Shown here piece after piece: positions 38,551 through 47,614 of a stretch of DNA of 64,000 bases. The stretch lies in the IMG/VR virus record IMGVR_UViG_2595698902_000001, positions 64,001-128,000 of that record; one strand, written 5' to 3'. The stretch comes from a virus. Its lineage: Duplodnaviria; Caudoviricetes. The position numbers and the translations under genes were made by a program. A model generated the notes under the pieces. The model worked only from the letters and a program-made list of their open reading frames with translations. It was not told where the DNA came from and did not search any database. The number at the start of each line of letters is the position of its first letter. Positions within the stretch are counted from its first letter, which is position 1.

Positions 38551-39177
38551 ATGGCTAAGCGGAAAGCTGCGAAGAAGAAACCGGTTAAGGTTGAACTACC
38601 GGTCCCAAAGAAGAAACGAATTCGTGTAACCGGTGCCGACATGGGCACCGTGAACTACGCAGTTACGCAGATCGAGGCGTGGCTGGTAGATGGTGAAATG
38701 CGTTTCAAAGTCATTGGTTCCAAAATGATGGAGCACATGATTCACGACGTAAAGAATGCGCAGTTTGAAAGCGTGGCATTCTTGAAAGAATATTCGGCAT
38801 TGCCGAAAGCGGACTACGTTGCAGCCGAACGTTACCAATCGCGACCGGGCCGAACGGCAGGCGGTTCCACCGTTGAATCCATTTCGATGATGATGGGCCT
38901 GATGTTGGCTGCGCATCCAAATATTCCGACCACGTTCTACACAGCTGCAACGTGGAAAAACGAATTCAATAAGACCGCCGCCGACCTGAAAGAAATGTAT
39001 GAGGATTTGAAAACCAAATACAAAGGCCAAGGCGTGGTCATTCACCAGCTGGATTCGTTCTTTATCGCGCTTTACCATGCGGCCAAATTGTTAAGGGTTC
39101 CGCCTTACCAATTCATTAAATCCCATACCGACGAACAGCGACTTTTCAATGTTCTAAGTAAGGCGCCAACCTTATAA
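38551..39177 (+). CDS. ruvC: RuvC-like Holliday junction resolvase
   Basis: GADMGTVNYA, ERYQ, AATWK and HQLDS acidic RNase H-fold motifs; AGGAG RBS. Confidence 0.8.
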   Translation: MAKRKAAKKKPVKVELPVPKKKRIRVTGADMGTVNYAVTQIEAWLVDGEMRFKVIGSKMMEHMIHDVKNAQFESVAFLKEYSALPKADYVAAERYQSRPGRTAGGSTVESISMMMGLMLAAHPNIPTTFYTAATWKNEFNKTAADLKEMYEDLKTKYKGQGVVIHQLDSFFIALYHAAKLLRVPPYQFIKSHTDEQRLFNVLSKAPTL

Positions 39178-39178
39178 A

Positions 39179-39189
39179 AAATGTAAATA
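39179..39189 (+). promoter_or_regulatory. AAATGTAAATA promoter-motif variant
   Basis: 36 nt upstream of ATG 39226. Confidence 0.55.
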
Positions 39190-39225
39190 TAAGAGAAATC
39201 TGGCGACAAAAATGGGGAAGTTTTT

Positions 39226-39678
39226 ATGAATAGTGGAATAGTGAAAACGGCTGTCGATTACGCGGTTCGGAAACGGAATTTTGCAGTGAGTTCTAACGGG
39301 AATGACGCTAATCCAGCGCTCCCCGAGGCCATTACCGATCACGTTCTGTATGCGAACATCGACATTGAACGTTCCAATGAAGACGACCGGATGCGTCCGC
39401 ATAATCTGGTTTTGGGCGTGGCTGAAAGACAATCGAATATTGCCGACCTGATGGACCTCGCTTGCGGTAAGCTGACACTGCCAAAAGAAATCATTGTGCA
39501 TACACTGCTGGGCAACAGCGAACGCGTCATTGCTCGCCGGGTATTCACCGATTTGAAATTGCGCATTGCGAATTCGCATTACACGAAGCTCCACGGATCG
39601 AGCGAAGAAATGAGCATCACCCGTTTGATTTTCTCCTGCTACCTGCAAGACGCTGAACCTGTGGTAGTGTGCAATTGA
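39226..39678 (+). CDS. hypothetical protein
   Basis: 150-aa ORF. Confidence 0.7.
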   Translation: MNSGIVKTAVDYAVRKRNFAVSSNGNDANPALPEAITDHVLYANIDIERSNEDDRMRPHNLVLGVAERQSNIADLMDLACGKLTLPKEIIVHTLLGNSERVIARRVFTDLKLRIANSHYTKLHGSSEEMSITRLIFSCYLQDAEPVVVCN

Positions 39679-40184
39679 GCAAAACCTGCCCGCTGCGTCC
39701 CGAATATTCGTTCCTGTCGAAATGCCGCATCACTACATGCAAATATTTCACAGAGAAAACGAACAACCGCTGCATGGCGCTGGACTCAGTATTTGCACCG
39801 ACCAACGACCTCACGGAAAAGAAAGCGGAAACTAATCTCGGCCTGACCGACGTTGAGTTACGCTTGCTGAAATTCCCGAACAAAACAAAACGTGAAGTCG
39901 CGGCAGAGAGAAAAAGGTATTGCGAGCAGGTTAAGGCCGTGCTCACCCTGCACCAGATCATTCAGGACAAAGCATACCGAGCCACGGAATTGTTTTACGA
40001 AACACCGGTAGTACGAAAAATTCTTGATCACCCGTTGTTCGGCGACGAAGAGCTGGGCCTTGAGTCGTGGATGATTCCGATGATTTTTGACGAATCGTTC
40101 CTTGAGCAATACGGCAAACCTAAACTACACCTGCTGTTCGGCATAACTGATCGTGAGTACGAACAGCATAAAACGCGAAAATAG
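39669..40184 (+). CDS. hypothetical protein with an N-terminal Cys cluster
   Basis: CP..C...C...C; coupled ORF. Confidence 0.7.
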   Translation: MQLSKTCPLRPEYSFLSKCRITTCKYFTEKTNNRCMALDSVFAPTNDLTEKKAETNLGLTDVELRLLKFPNKTKREVAAERKRYCEQVKAVLTLHQIIQDKAYRATELFYETPVVRKILDHPLFGDEELGLESWMIPMIFDESFLEQYGKPKLHLLFGITDREYEQHKTRK

Positions 40185-40202
40185 AACTGGAGAGTTGAAA
40201 AA

Positions 40203-40874
40203 ATGAGTCAACAAAACGTAGCCCTGATGCGTCCGCTCACCGTCGTGGAAGCACTGGCACGCAAAGAAGACCTGACCCTGTACGTCATGAACATGGTTCG
40301 CCCAACCCGCGAGCAACCGGATATGCGTCCGGGCAACATTAACCTCGGTGTGAAAGGCGACGACGGTTCGGTGCAAACCGTAGTAATTCCGAAAACCCAC
40401 GTACCAATCGACATGACCATGTTTATCAGCCGCGAAAACCTGCTGCTGAATCGTCATTTCCGCCAGCTGGTGCAACTGGGCCACATCGCAATTGCTCACC
40501 CGGAAGACGCTGAGCGTGCGATTCAAAGCAGCGCCTCGGCACAAAAAGAAATCAACCGCGTTCTTTCGCTCAATTCCTACGGCGCAGAAAACAACAGCCC
40601 GGCGCGTATGCTGGAACTGCGTTCTAGCCCGCTGATCGATGGCGCTAATGGCGTTCCTACTCTGGCTTCTGAATCGGCCCCGACCGAATTCCTGCCTGAT
40701 CCGTTCGCTGTCGGTATCGTCAACCGCGCTGCTGGCAACGAAGACGTAGCCGACCTGATTGGCGATATCGAAATTCAGCGTTTGGCTTTGACCGAAGCTG
40801 ACCTGACCTACATCGCCAACAACGTCGAAGACCCAGTGCTCAAGCAAGCAATTGCTGACATGATTTCTGCCTGA
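40203..40874 (+). CDS. hypothetical protein (highly expressed codon bias)
   Basis: GGAG RBS, downstream terminator. Confidence 0.8.
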   Translation: MSQQNVALMRPLTVVEALARKEDLTLYVMNMVRPTREQPDMRPGNINLGVKGDDGSVQTVVIPKTHVPIDMTMFISRENLLLNRHFRQLVQLGHIAIAHPEDAERAIQSSASAQKEINRVLSLNSYGAENNSPARMLELRSSPLIDGANGVPTLASESAPTEFLPDPFAVGIVNRAAGNEDVADLIGDIEIQRLALTEADLTYIANNVEDPVLKQAIADMISA

Positions 40875-40885
40875 TTTTAGGCAAT

Positions 40886-40925
40886 AAAAAAGGCCGCGAT
40901 CCCTAACCGGAAAGCGGCCTTTTTT
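40886..40925. terminator. bidirectional Rho-independent terminator
   Basis: AAAAAAGGCCGC...GCGGCCTTTTTT between convergent genes. Confidence 0.85.
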
Positions 40926-40939
40926 GTACCTACGATTTG

Positions 40940-41980
40940 TTATTTCTGCTTTGGTTTCTTTTTCTTCTTTGGTTCCGGCTCCGCGTCCTTGCCGTGGGCG
41001 TAGACGATTGCCTTCACCTTATCGATGATTTTCTGTGGCGCTGAGTCGGGGTCGAGTTTGATAATGTTGCCTTCGTCATCCTTTTTGCGCGGCAGCAACA
41101 GCTCTTCGACTTCGATTAGATTTCCGCAAACCTCGGTCACTAGACGAGCCATTGCACGACCGGCTTTGTCGTTATCGGTAAGAGTGTAAATCTTAGTTAT
41201 ACCCAAACCGGTTAGCAGCATCAGCTTTCGCTCGCCGAACATTTTGGAACCGAGAATTGCACACGCTGGAATTTTATTCAGCACCAACCGCAACCAGTCA
41301 CGCGGACCTTCACAGAGTACGACCGCTTTGCAACCGAACAATTTGTGTTCGCGGATGAAGTCGTAACCGAGCAGGCCGTAGTCCATAACCCAGTCGCCTT
41401 TGGTGTTGATATACGACGCGCCATTCTCCGCTTTTTCTAGCAACGCTTTCACGCCACCGCGATAGCGCTTGTTGATATACACAGGCAGACCGAGCAGAAC
41501 GCCTTCCCGATCATTCTCCGAAAACATCCAACCGTTTACCCGTGCGATCATCGAGCCGGGATAGCCGCGCCATTCCTTTCCTTTCGGCCAAGGGATTACC
41601 GCGCCGCCCAGTTCTTCGTGGAAACGTGCAATGGATTTGTTATTGGTGTTCTCACGTTCCTTTTTCCGACGACCGTAACGGGCATTGTTGCCTTGCGTAG
41701 AACCGTCGAAAAGCTGCCATGATTTGATTTGCTGTAAATTCAGTTTAGCAGCTAGTTTATTCCACTGTCCTGACTCGTTGCAGGACCAGCAGTTGAAGGT
41801 TCCGATTGGCACCTTCGACTCGAAACTAATATTGATACCCAGTGACGGGTTAGTGTCTTCATGAAAAGGACAAACGATTTCAACGTTGGAGCTTGTGTGC
41901 TTGATTGGGCCGGGGACTTTTTCCAGCTCGGTCATGATGATCGTAAACGCATCATCAAGATTCAACGATTCTTTAGCCAT
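40940..41980 (-). CDS. dnaG: DNA primase (CHC2 zinc finger plus TOPRIM)
   Basis: CPFHEDTNPS..FNCWSC; LCEGPRD; DNDKAG. Confidence 0.88.
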   Translation of the reverse strand: MAKESLNLDDAFTIIMTELEKVPGPIKHTSSNVEIVCPFHEDTNPSLGINISFESKVPIGTFNCWSCNESGQWNKLAAKLNLQQIKSWQLFDGSTQGNNARYGRRKKERENTNNKSIARFHEELGGAVIPWPKGKEWRGYPGSMIARVNGWMFSENDREGVLLGLPVYINKRYRGGVKALLEKAENGASYINTKGDWVMDYGLLGYDFIREHKLFGCKAVVLCEGPRDWLRLVLNKIPACAILGSKMFGERKLMLLTGLGITKIYTLTDNDKAGRAMARLVTEVCGNLIEVEELLLPRKKDDEGNIIKLDPDSAPQKIIDKVKAIVYAHGKDAEPEPKKKKKPKQK

Positions 41981-42016
41981 GTGCAAATCCGCGCATTCGA
42001 TGCCAATTTATTTATA

Positions 42017-42027
42017 TATTTACAGTA
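42017..42027 (-). promoter_or_regulatory. TACTGTAAATA promoter motif
   Basis: ~36 nt upstream of the primase ATG. Confidence 0.65.
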
Positions 42028-42040
42028 ACTAGGTGCGACC

Positions 42041-43153
42041 ATGTTCAAGCAACTCGCAGGCGGCATTAGAGACAGAAAACGCGCTGCCCGTGCTGAATCG
42101 CACGTAGGCAAGGTGTACGCGCAAGTAATGGAATCGACGATCAGAACGCCGAACGGACGCGGGCCTGAATATCGACCTTCCAGCTTTCCAATTTGCCCAG
42201 TTCTTGTACATATGCAATTCGTTAAAGCCGCGATGGATGGCTACTACGAATCCAATATGACTGCCGGTGGCGGTTACTTCACAACGGTTGGAACTGCTGC
42301 ACACGAAAACATTCAGTATTACATGGGCCAGACGGGCAAGGTGTTCGGGCATTGGAAATGCCGCAATAGTTTTTGCCAGAAGCATCACGACGCCCGCGAC
42401 CTGTACAACGAAAAAGGCGAAATCATTCGCCCCGGCAAACTCACCGCAGAAAACACAACGGACAACAAATGCCCGGCGTGTGGCGTGCCGTGTGAGTACG
42501 TGGAAATGTGCATCGATTATTTTGGGCTGAAAGGCCACATCGATTGCATCTACCTGATGCCCGATGGTTCCTATTGGGTAATGGACTATAAGACTTCCAC
42601 CAAAGGCCAAATCAACGGTAAGAAATTGCCTAAGCGCGAGCACCTTATGCAGGTGCCGACTTACTGCTATGTGCTTGAGAAGAAATACAAGATGAAAATC
42701 TCTGGTTTCTCGCTGCTGTACCTGAGCCGCGATAACCCGTATGAATTCCGCGAGTACGCAGAGCAGTGGGCCGAACGCCGACGCGCAGAAACCAAGAAAC
42801 TGATTATCGAGCAGAAGAAAATTTACCGAGCTGCCGTGAACAGTTTCATTCAGAACAAACCGTCCATTGCGATCAAGTGCAAACCTTGCCAAGTGCCGGA
42901 CGATTATGAGCGCCTGATGCCAGCGTATGACAAATGCCCGATGGCGTCTGTGTGCTTCAATAAAAAATCGCTAAAAGACAACATGCTGCACGCCTACAAG
43001 CCAGCTGAGCTGTTGAAGGTTGTGAACATCACGCGCAACATGTCGAATTACATTGAAGACGAACACATGCCGAAGGTGAAGAAAAAGCTCACTGTTCCTT
43101 TGGCTGAAAAGAAGCCCAAGAAAACTAAACTCAAGCGTGGTAAGACGAAATGA
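42041..43153 (+). CDS. Cas4/RecB-like PD-(D/E)XK exonuclease
   Basis: RPSSFPICP, GTAAHE, GHIDC, VMDYKT, QVPTY and C-terminal Cys cluster. Confidence 0.85.
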   Translation: MFKQLAGGIRDRKRAARAESHVGKVYAQVMESTIRTPNGRGPEYRPSSFPICPVLVHMQFVKAAMDGYYESNMTAGGGYFTTVGTAAHENIQYYMGQTGKVFGHWKCRNSFCQKHHDARDLYNEKGEIIRPGKLTAENTTDNKCPACGVPCEYVEMCIDYFGLKGHIDCIYLMPDGSYWVMDYKTSTKGQINGKKLPKREHLMQVPTYCYVLEKKYKMKISGFSLLYLSRDNPYEFREYAEQWAERRRAETKKLIIEQKKIYRAAVNSFIQNKPSIAIKCKPCQVPDDYERLMPAYDKCPMASVCFNKKSLKDNMLHAYKPAELLKVVNITRNMSNYIEDEHMPKVKKKLTVPLAEKKPKKTKLKRGKTK

Positions 43154-43932
43154 AAATTCAGATTAGCATGAAGGATTTCCGCGCCAGCGCAGGGAGTGCC
43201 TACAGCGCGCCGGATATGGCGGCTGCTGAGCAAACCCAGTATTCCGACGCAGAGCTGGCCGAACGCGACAAGGAAGAGCAGGCACGCCAAGAACAGGAAG
43301 CGGAAAAAGAAAGAAAAGAGGCAGCGAAGAAACAGGCTGAAAAAGCTGCCAAGGCTCCACAAACTCCAAAAGAATCTGGCGAGGATTCTGGCGGCGGTGG
43401 CGGTGACGACGAAGACGAAGATTCCGATGACGAAGATTCTGGTGACGAAGATTCTGGTGACGAAGATTCTGGTGACGAAGATTCTGGTGACGACGAAGAA
43501 TCCGATGACGACGAAGAATCCGGTGACGACGAAGAATCCGATGACGACGAAGATTCGGACGATGACGAAGAGGCCACTGCATCCGCATTGCCTTATCCCA
43601 ATGTGAAAACACGGGAATCGGACGTTATCGAGCCTGCTGCAAAAACCCGCGTCGTGGATGAAAAGCGCGAAGCGGAAAAGCGGGAAGCCGAGGAAACGGA
43701 ACGGAACGCGCAGAACAAATCGCAACCGAGCGCCAACGATCCGAACAACAAAAAAGCCGAGAAAAAGAAAGAGGGCACCGGCCAGTCACTGACTACCGCC
43801 AGCTCACTTCCTTACCCTAACGTCAGCTCCCGTGCGATTAGCGTTAGCGATGGTGCATCGTATTTCACCGCCTTTGCTAACACCAATGCGTCGGAATGGA
43901 AAAAGAAGCTGAAAAAGAAGAAGCGTAAGTAA
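43150..43932 (+). CDS. low-complexity acidic protein with a basic C-terminal tail
   Basis: DEDSG/DDEES repeats; two ASxLPYPNV motifs; WKKKLKKKKRK end. Confidence 0.75.
   Translation: MKIQISMKDFRASAGSAYSAPDMAAAEQTQYSDAELAERDKEEQARQEQEAEKERKEAAKKQAEKAAKAPQTPKESGEDSGGGGGDDEDEDSDDEDSGDEDSGDEDSGDEDSGDDEESDDDEESGDDEESDDDEDSDDDEEATASALPYPNVKTRESDVIEPAAKTRVVDEKREAEKREAEETERNAQNKSQPSANDPNNKKAEKKKEGTGQSLTTASSLPYPNVSSRAISVSDGASYFTAFANTNASEWKKKLKKKKRK
43404..43572 (+). repeat. 15/18-bp coding tandem repeat (GACGAAGATTCTGGT)n
   Basis: directly visible in the sequence. Confidence 0.9.
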
Positions 43933-43936
43933 TACG

Positions 43937-43973
43937 AAGCCGCATTCAGGTTCACGCCTGTTTGCGGCTTTTT
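43937..43973 (+). terminator. Rho-independent terminator
   Basis: AAGCCGCA...TGCGGCTTTTT. Confidence 0.75.
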
Positions 43974-43988
43974 CGTTATGGCGTGTAA

Positions 43989-43999
43989 AACTGTAAATA
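43989..43999 (+). promoter_or_regulatory. AACTGTAAATA promoter motif heading the topoisomerase operon
   Basis: 30 nt upstream of ATG 44030. Confidence 0.7.
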
Positions 44000-44029
44000 G
44001 GTTGTATACACATACGAGGGCTTCCTGTT

Positions 44030-44410
44030 ATGCTGACCCATGTTATCAATGGCACCGATCTTACCGGCGATAATCACACCCGCCAGAAATTCCTGAATAG
44101 CGTTGCGACATTCAAAGCCGACAAACGCCAGCACACAAAAGAATTCACGTTCCGGCATCACCACGTAGCCGAGCTGCATGGTGGCCGCTATTTGGTTTGC
44201 GTTAAAGACGCGGAAAGCGGCGCGGCCCTGCTGTATGAAGACGGCGTAAAGGCAGGCGTAGACCCAATCGTTATTTCCGATGCACACCCGCTGAAATACA
44301 CCGACATGCGTAACGAAGCCGCCGCACAGCTGACCGCCCATTTGACTGGCGCTCTTGCAAAAGAAATCAAGAAAGCAGGTAGCAAGAAAGTAGGGAAGGC
44401 AAAAGCATGA
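44030..44410 (+). CDS. hypothetical protein
   Basis: 126-aa ORF. Confidence 0.75.
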   Translation: MLTHVINGTDLTGDNHTRQKFLNSVATFKADKRQHTKEFTFRHHHVAELHGGRYLVCVKDAESGAALLYEDGVKAGVDPIVISDAHPLKYTDMRNEAAAQLTAHLTGALAKEIKKAGSKKVGKAKA

Positions 44411-44721
44411 CTGTCGAAATCCTGCGCTACGAAGCGAAGTGGGGCGAGCACGCCGAATGGCAGGAATGCAGCCAAACGGATTATGAAGCGATTCGCCTGT
44501 CGATTCACCAGCACCAATTCAAAGCCCGCGTGATTGGCATTGTTGAAGACCCCGCCGGTTTGTTGTTGCCCGGTCCGAATGGTTACGAATCGTGGCGTGA
44601 AGCTGCCGTGCATGAGAAGGCGAAGCGTGTTGAAATCGAGCGTGAATTGAAAGAAGTACGCAACGCACTCCGTCCAGTGCAAAAGCTGGAGGCCATTCGC
44701 AAAATTCTGGACGAGGAATAA
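44407..44721 (+). CDS. hypothetical protein
   Basis: ATGA-coupled ORF. Confidence 0.75.
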   Translation: MTVEILRYEAKWGEHAEWQECSQTDYEAIRLSIHQHQFKARVIGIVEDPAGLLLPGPNGYESWREAAVHEKAKRVEIERELKEVRNALRPVQKLEAIRKILDEE

Positions 44722-44726
44722 AAAAA

Positions 44727-45167
44727 ATGCGCCGAGGTTCTGAGGGATTTTTCTGGTATCAGGCAATCTACACCGAACTGGCCGACGACCCAGCCGACGA
44801 CCGCGAAGAGGTGCATTACTTTCCGCTGGAGGCCAATCCCAAGCGAAGTAATTACCCTGCGTTGACTAGCATCGGTTGGTTCTACGGACGTGATTTGCCT
44901 TCGCATATTTCTGTATCGATTGATCCTCTGTATCGCGTTCGGCAGATTGAAAACATGCGCAAAGAACGCGGCATTAGCATGGTTGACGCTTTCCATGATG
45001 CTCCGCATTTTTATCAGGAATCCCTGTGGGCGTTCTACGCGAGCATCGGTTACGACTACAAGAAAAAGAAATGGGGAGTGCGGCCTGAGCAAAGCGTGTC
45101 CATGACCCGCGCACAATTGGAGGAATATTGTTTGCAGAAGGATGCTAAATATGCGGACCATCCTTGA
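44727..45167 (+). CDS. hypothetical protein
   Basis: GAGG RBS, 146 aa. Confidence 0.7.
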   Translation: MRRGSEGFFWYQAIYTELADDPADDREEVHYFPLEANPKRSNYPALTSIGWFYGRDLPSHISVSIDPLYRVRQIENMRKERGISMVDAFHDAPHFYQESLWAFYASIGYDYKKKKWGVRPEQSVSMTRAQLEEYCLQKDAKYADHP

Positions 45168-45525
45168 GTTAGCGGACGGCAGGCAATTTGAGATTGCGCC
45201 TCTTAATTTTGAACAGTACGCCAAGCAATACGAGCCGATCAACAGCGTTATGGGCCTAGTGCCGCAGAGCGCTTATGATCACTGGAAAGACAGCAACCGT
45301 TACCGCGAAATTTCTGATTTCACTCTGCCGGAATTAGCAGGCGGGAAGATTACCTATTGCCTGTCCGCAGAGGAACTCGACATTGGCGACATTGCCGATG
45401 ATTGCGAGGACATAGCGCTGGAAATCCTGAAACGTCGCCGTACCGTGACGCAACTCAAACACACAATCAGCCTAGAAGAAATGGAACAACGTTTCGCAGG
45501 CGATGAAGAGAATTCTGATGGCTGA
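45151..45525 (+). CDS. hypothetical protein
   Basis: ORF bridging to gyrB. Confidence 0.65.
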   Translation: MRTILELADGRQFEIAPLNFEQYAKQYEPINSVMGLVPQSAYDHWKDSNRYREISDFTLPELAGGKITYCLSAEELDIGDIADDCEDIALEILKRRRTVTQLKHTISLEEMEQRFAGDEENSDG

Positions 45526-47614
45526 AAAGAAAACCCCCAAAGCAGTGAAGGCAAAGCCCGCTGCTGAGACGAAAACGAAGAAAACCAAAGTAGCAGAAGG
45601 CGTGGAGAAAACCACGCGGAAAAAGTCTGCAAGTCAAGACGACTTTACCATCCTTGAAGGGCTGTCTGGCATCCGGCACAATCCGAGTATGTATCTCGGT
45701 GAACGCGGGGCGCCGATGGCCTATCGTTGTATTAAGGAAGCGGTAGACAACTGCTACGACGAACACATTGCAGGCCGCAACAAAGTTATCGAAGTTATTT
45801 TGGACTACGATACCGGCTGCTACATCGTGGCGGACCAAGCGGGCGGCATTCCTACCGATTTCAAGAAATTGGAAGACGGTACGAAAATCAGCATCATGAC
45901 TGCCGCGTACACGAAGACGCACGCAGGCGCAAAATTCAACGATAAAGCGTACAAAACTTCTGCCGGTACTCACGGCATTGGCATGTCGGCAGTGAACGCC
46001 GTTTCCGAACGTATGCGCGTCTGGACAATGTACAACGGCAAGTTGGCTACGCAGGTTTACAGCAAAGGCAAAATTGCGTCGAAGGGCGATCACCCGATCC
46101 CGGCTAAGGCCGTGGACAAAGACGTTATGGATCACCTGAAAGACAAGCTGAAAAAATACGGCACAATCGTCGCTATCGAACTCGACCAAACCGTCGTTTC
46201 CGAAGATGCCCGCCGTGGTAAAGATTTGCCGAAAAACTTCCGCAAGTCTGAGCCGATTGCAGCTGAGGTTGCCAGCTGGTTGTCGAACGTGGCAATGCTC
46301 AACCCCGGTCTGGAAATCCGCTTTGCTTCCATCGTCAAAGGCAAACGCAAAGACGAAACTTTCCTCAACAAGAAAGACCTCGCCTTTGTGCCGAAAGACA
46401 TGTGCGAGCAGCGCGATCTGGTTGCCCAAGGTAAGCCATTTGTTTTCAAGAACGACAACATTACTTGCGCACTGGTTTGGTCCGACCACACCGACGCCGA
46501 TCATTTCCTGTCGTTTGTGAACACGTCGCCTACTGTTGACGGCGGCTGGCACGTTACGGGCTTTACCGCTGCGCTGTCCAAGGCAGTGAAAAAACATGTG
46601 CCGGAAAAGAAACCTGCAAAAGGTAAAAAAGGCGGTCAAGGTTACACCGGTTCTGACCTGCTGATCGGTTTGACTGGCATGTTTGACTGGCGTATGCACG
46701 GCGCGGCCTACACCTCGCAGGTAAAGGATAAACTTTCCTCGAAAGTAGACAAAGAAGTCGAAGAGCTTTTGTTCCCAGCATTCGACGCCTACTTCAAAGC
46801 AAACCCGAAAGTCGCAAAAGATATTATCAAGCGCGCACTGATCATGACCAAAGGTCGTGAAGAGCTGGCAGCGGTTGTTAAATCGATGGCCGACGTGAAG
46901 AAAAAAGGCAAAACAACTCTGCCTGTGAAGCTGGCCGTTGCCCCGCACTGCAAACCGCATGAGCGCGAATTGTTTGTTGTGGAAGGTGACTCGGCAAAAG
47001 GCCCAAGCGTGGATGCGCGAGACGGGCATTTCCAAGAAGTTTTGGCAGCTGGTGGTAAGCCACTCAACGCACTGAAAGCCACAATGGCAAAAGTGCTGGG
47101 CCACGAAGAAATTTCCAACTTCCTCGTAGCGATGGGTGCGGACGTGAAGTCGCTTGATCCGAAAGCGGAAAAGCCGACAATCAGCACTGACAAACTGCGC
47201 GTTGCAAACGTCTTTTTCCTTGTTGACCCGGACCCCGACGGTTTCCACATTGCGGTTCTGTATCTGGCAGCAATTTATCGCCTTATGCCGCAGCTTTACC
47301 ACGAAGGCCGGGTGTTCTGTGTGCAGGCGCCGCTGTATGCCGCACTGGATTCCAAAGGCACACTTTATGGCGGTATGACCTTTGACGAATGCCGTAGCGC
47401 CGCGCCGAAGTCGGTAAAAGACCAAGACATTGTGCGCATCAAAGGTTGGGGTGAAGTTGGCCCTGAATATATCGGTCCGATTGCATTCGACAAGCGCTAT
47501 CGCAAACTGATCCGAATCAATCCATTTGAAAGCGTTGCTGATGAACAGCATTTCCGGGCCGTAGTGTCTGAGGATGCCGTGAACCGTCGCCGCTTGCTGG
47601 GGCTTAATGACTGA
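45518..47614 (+). CDS. gyrB: type IIA topoisomerase B subunit (GyrB/ParE-like)
   Basis: IRHNPSMYLG, EAVDN, THAGAKF, AGTHGIGMSAVNA, VEGDSA, DPDPDGFHI, RIKGWGE. Confidence 0.95.
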   Translation: MAEKKTPKAVKAKPAAETKTKKTKVAEGVEKTTRKKSASQDDFTILEGLSGIRHNPSMYLGERGAPMAYRCIKEAVDNCYDEHIAGRNKVIEVILDYDTGCYIVADQAGGIPTDFKKLEDGTKISIMTAAYTKTHAGAKFNDKAYKTSAGTHGIGMSAVNAVSERMRVWTMYNGKLATQVYSKGKIASKGDHPIPAKAVDKDVMDHLKDKLKKYGTIVAIELDQTVVSEDARRGKDLPKNFRKSEPIAAEVASWLSNVAMLNPGLEIRFASIVKGKRKDETFLNKKDLAFVPKDMCEQRDLVAQGKPFVFKNDNITCALVWSDHTDADHFLSFVNTSPTVDGGWHVTGFTAALSKAVKKHVPEKKPAKGKKGGQGYTGSDLLIGLTGMFDWRMHGAAYTSQVKDKLSSKVDKEVEELLFPAFDAYFKANPKVAKDIIKRALIMTKGREELAAVVKSMADVKKKGKTTLPVKLAVAPHCKPHERELFVVEGDSAKGPSVDARDGHFQEVLAAGGKPLNALKATMAKVLGHEEISNFLVAMGADVKSLDPKAEKPTISTDKLRVANVFFLVDPDPDGFHIAVLYLAAIYRLMPQLYHEGRVFCVQAPLYAALDSKGTLYGGMTFDECRSAAPKSVKDQDIVRIKGWGEVGPEYIGPIAFDKRYRKLIRINPFESVADEQHFRAVVSEDAVNRRRLLGLND

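Noticed and set aside
43404-43572. Short direct repeats beside the Cas4-like gene as a possible CRISPR array
   Set aside because: They are contiguous 15/18-bp in-frame coding repeats (DEDSG) with no unique spacers.
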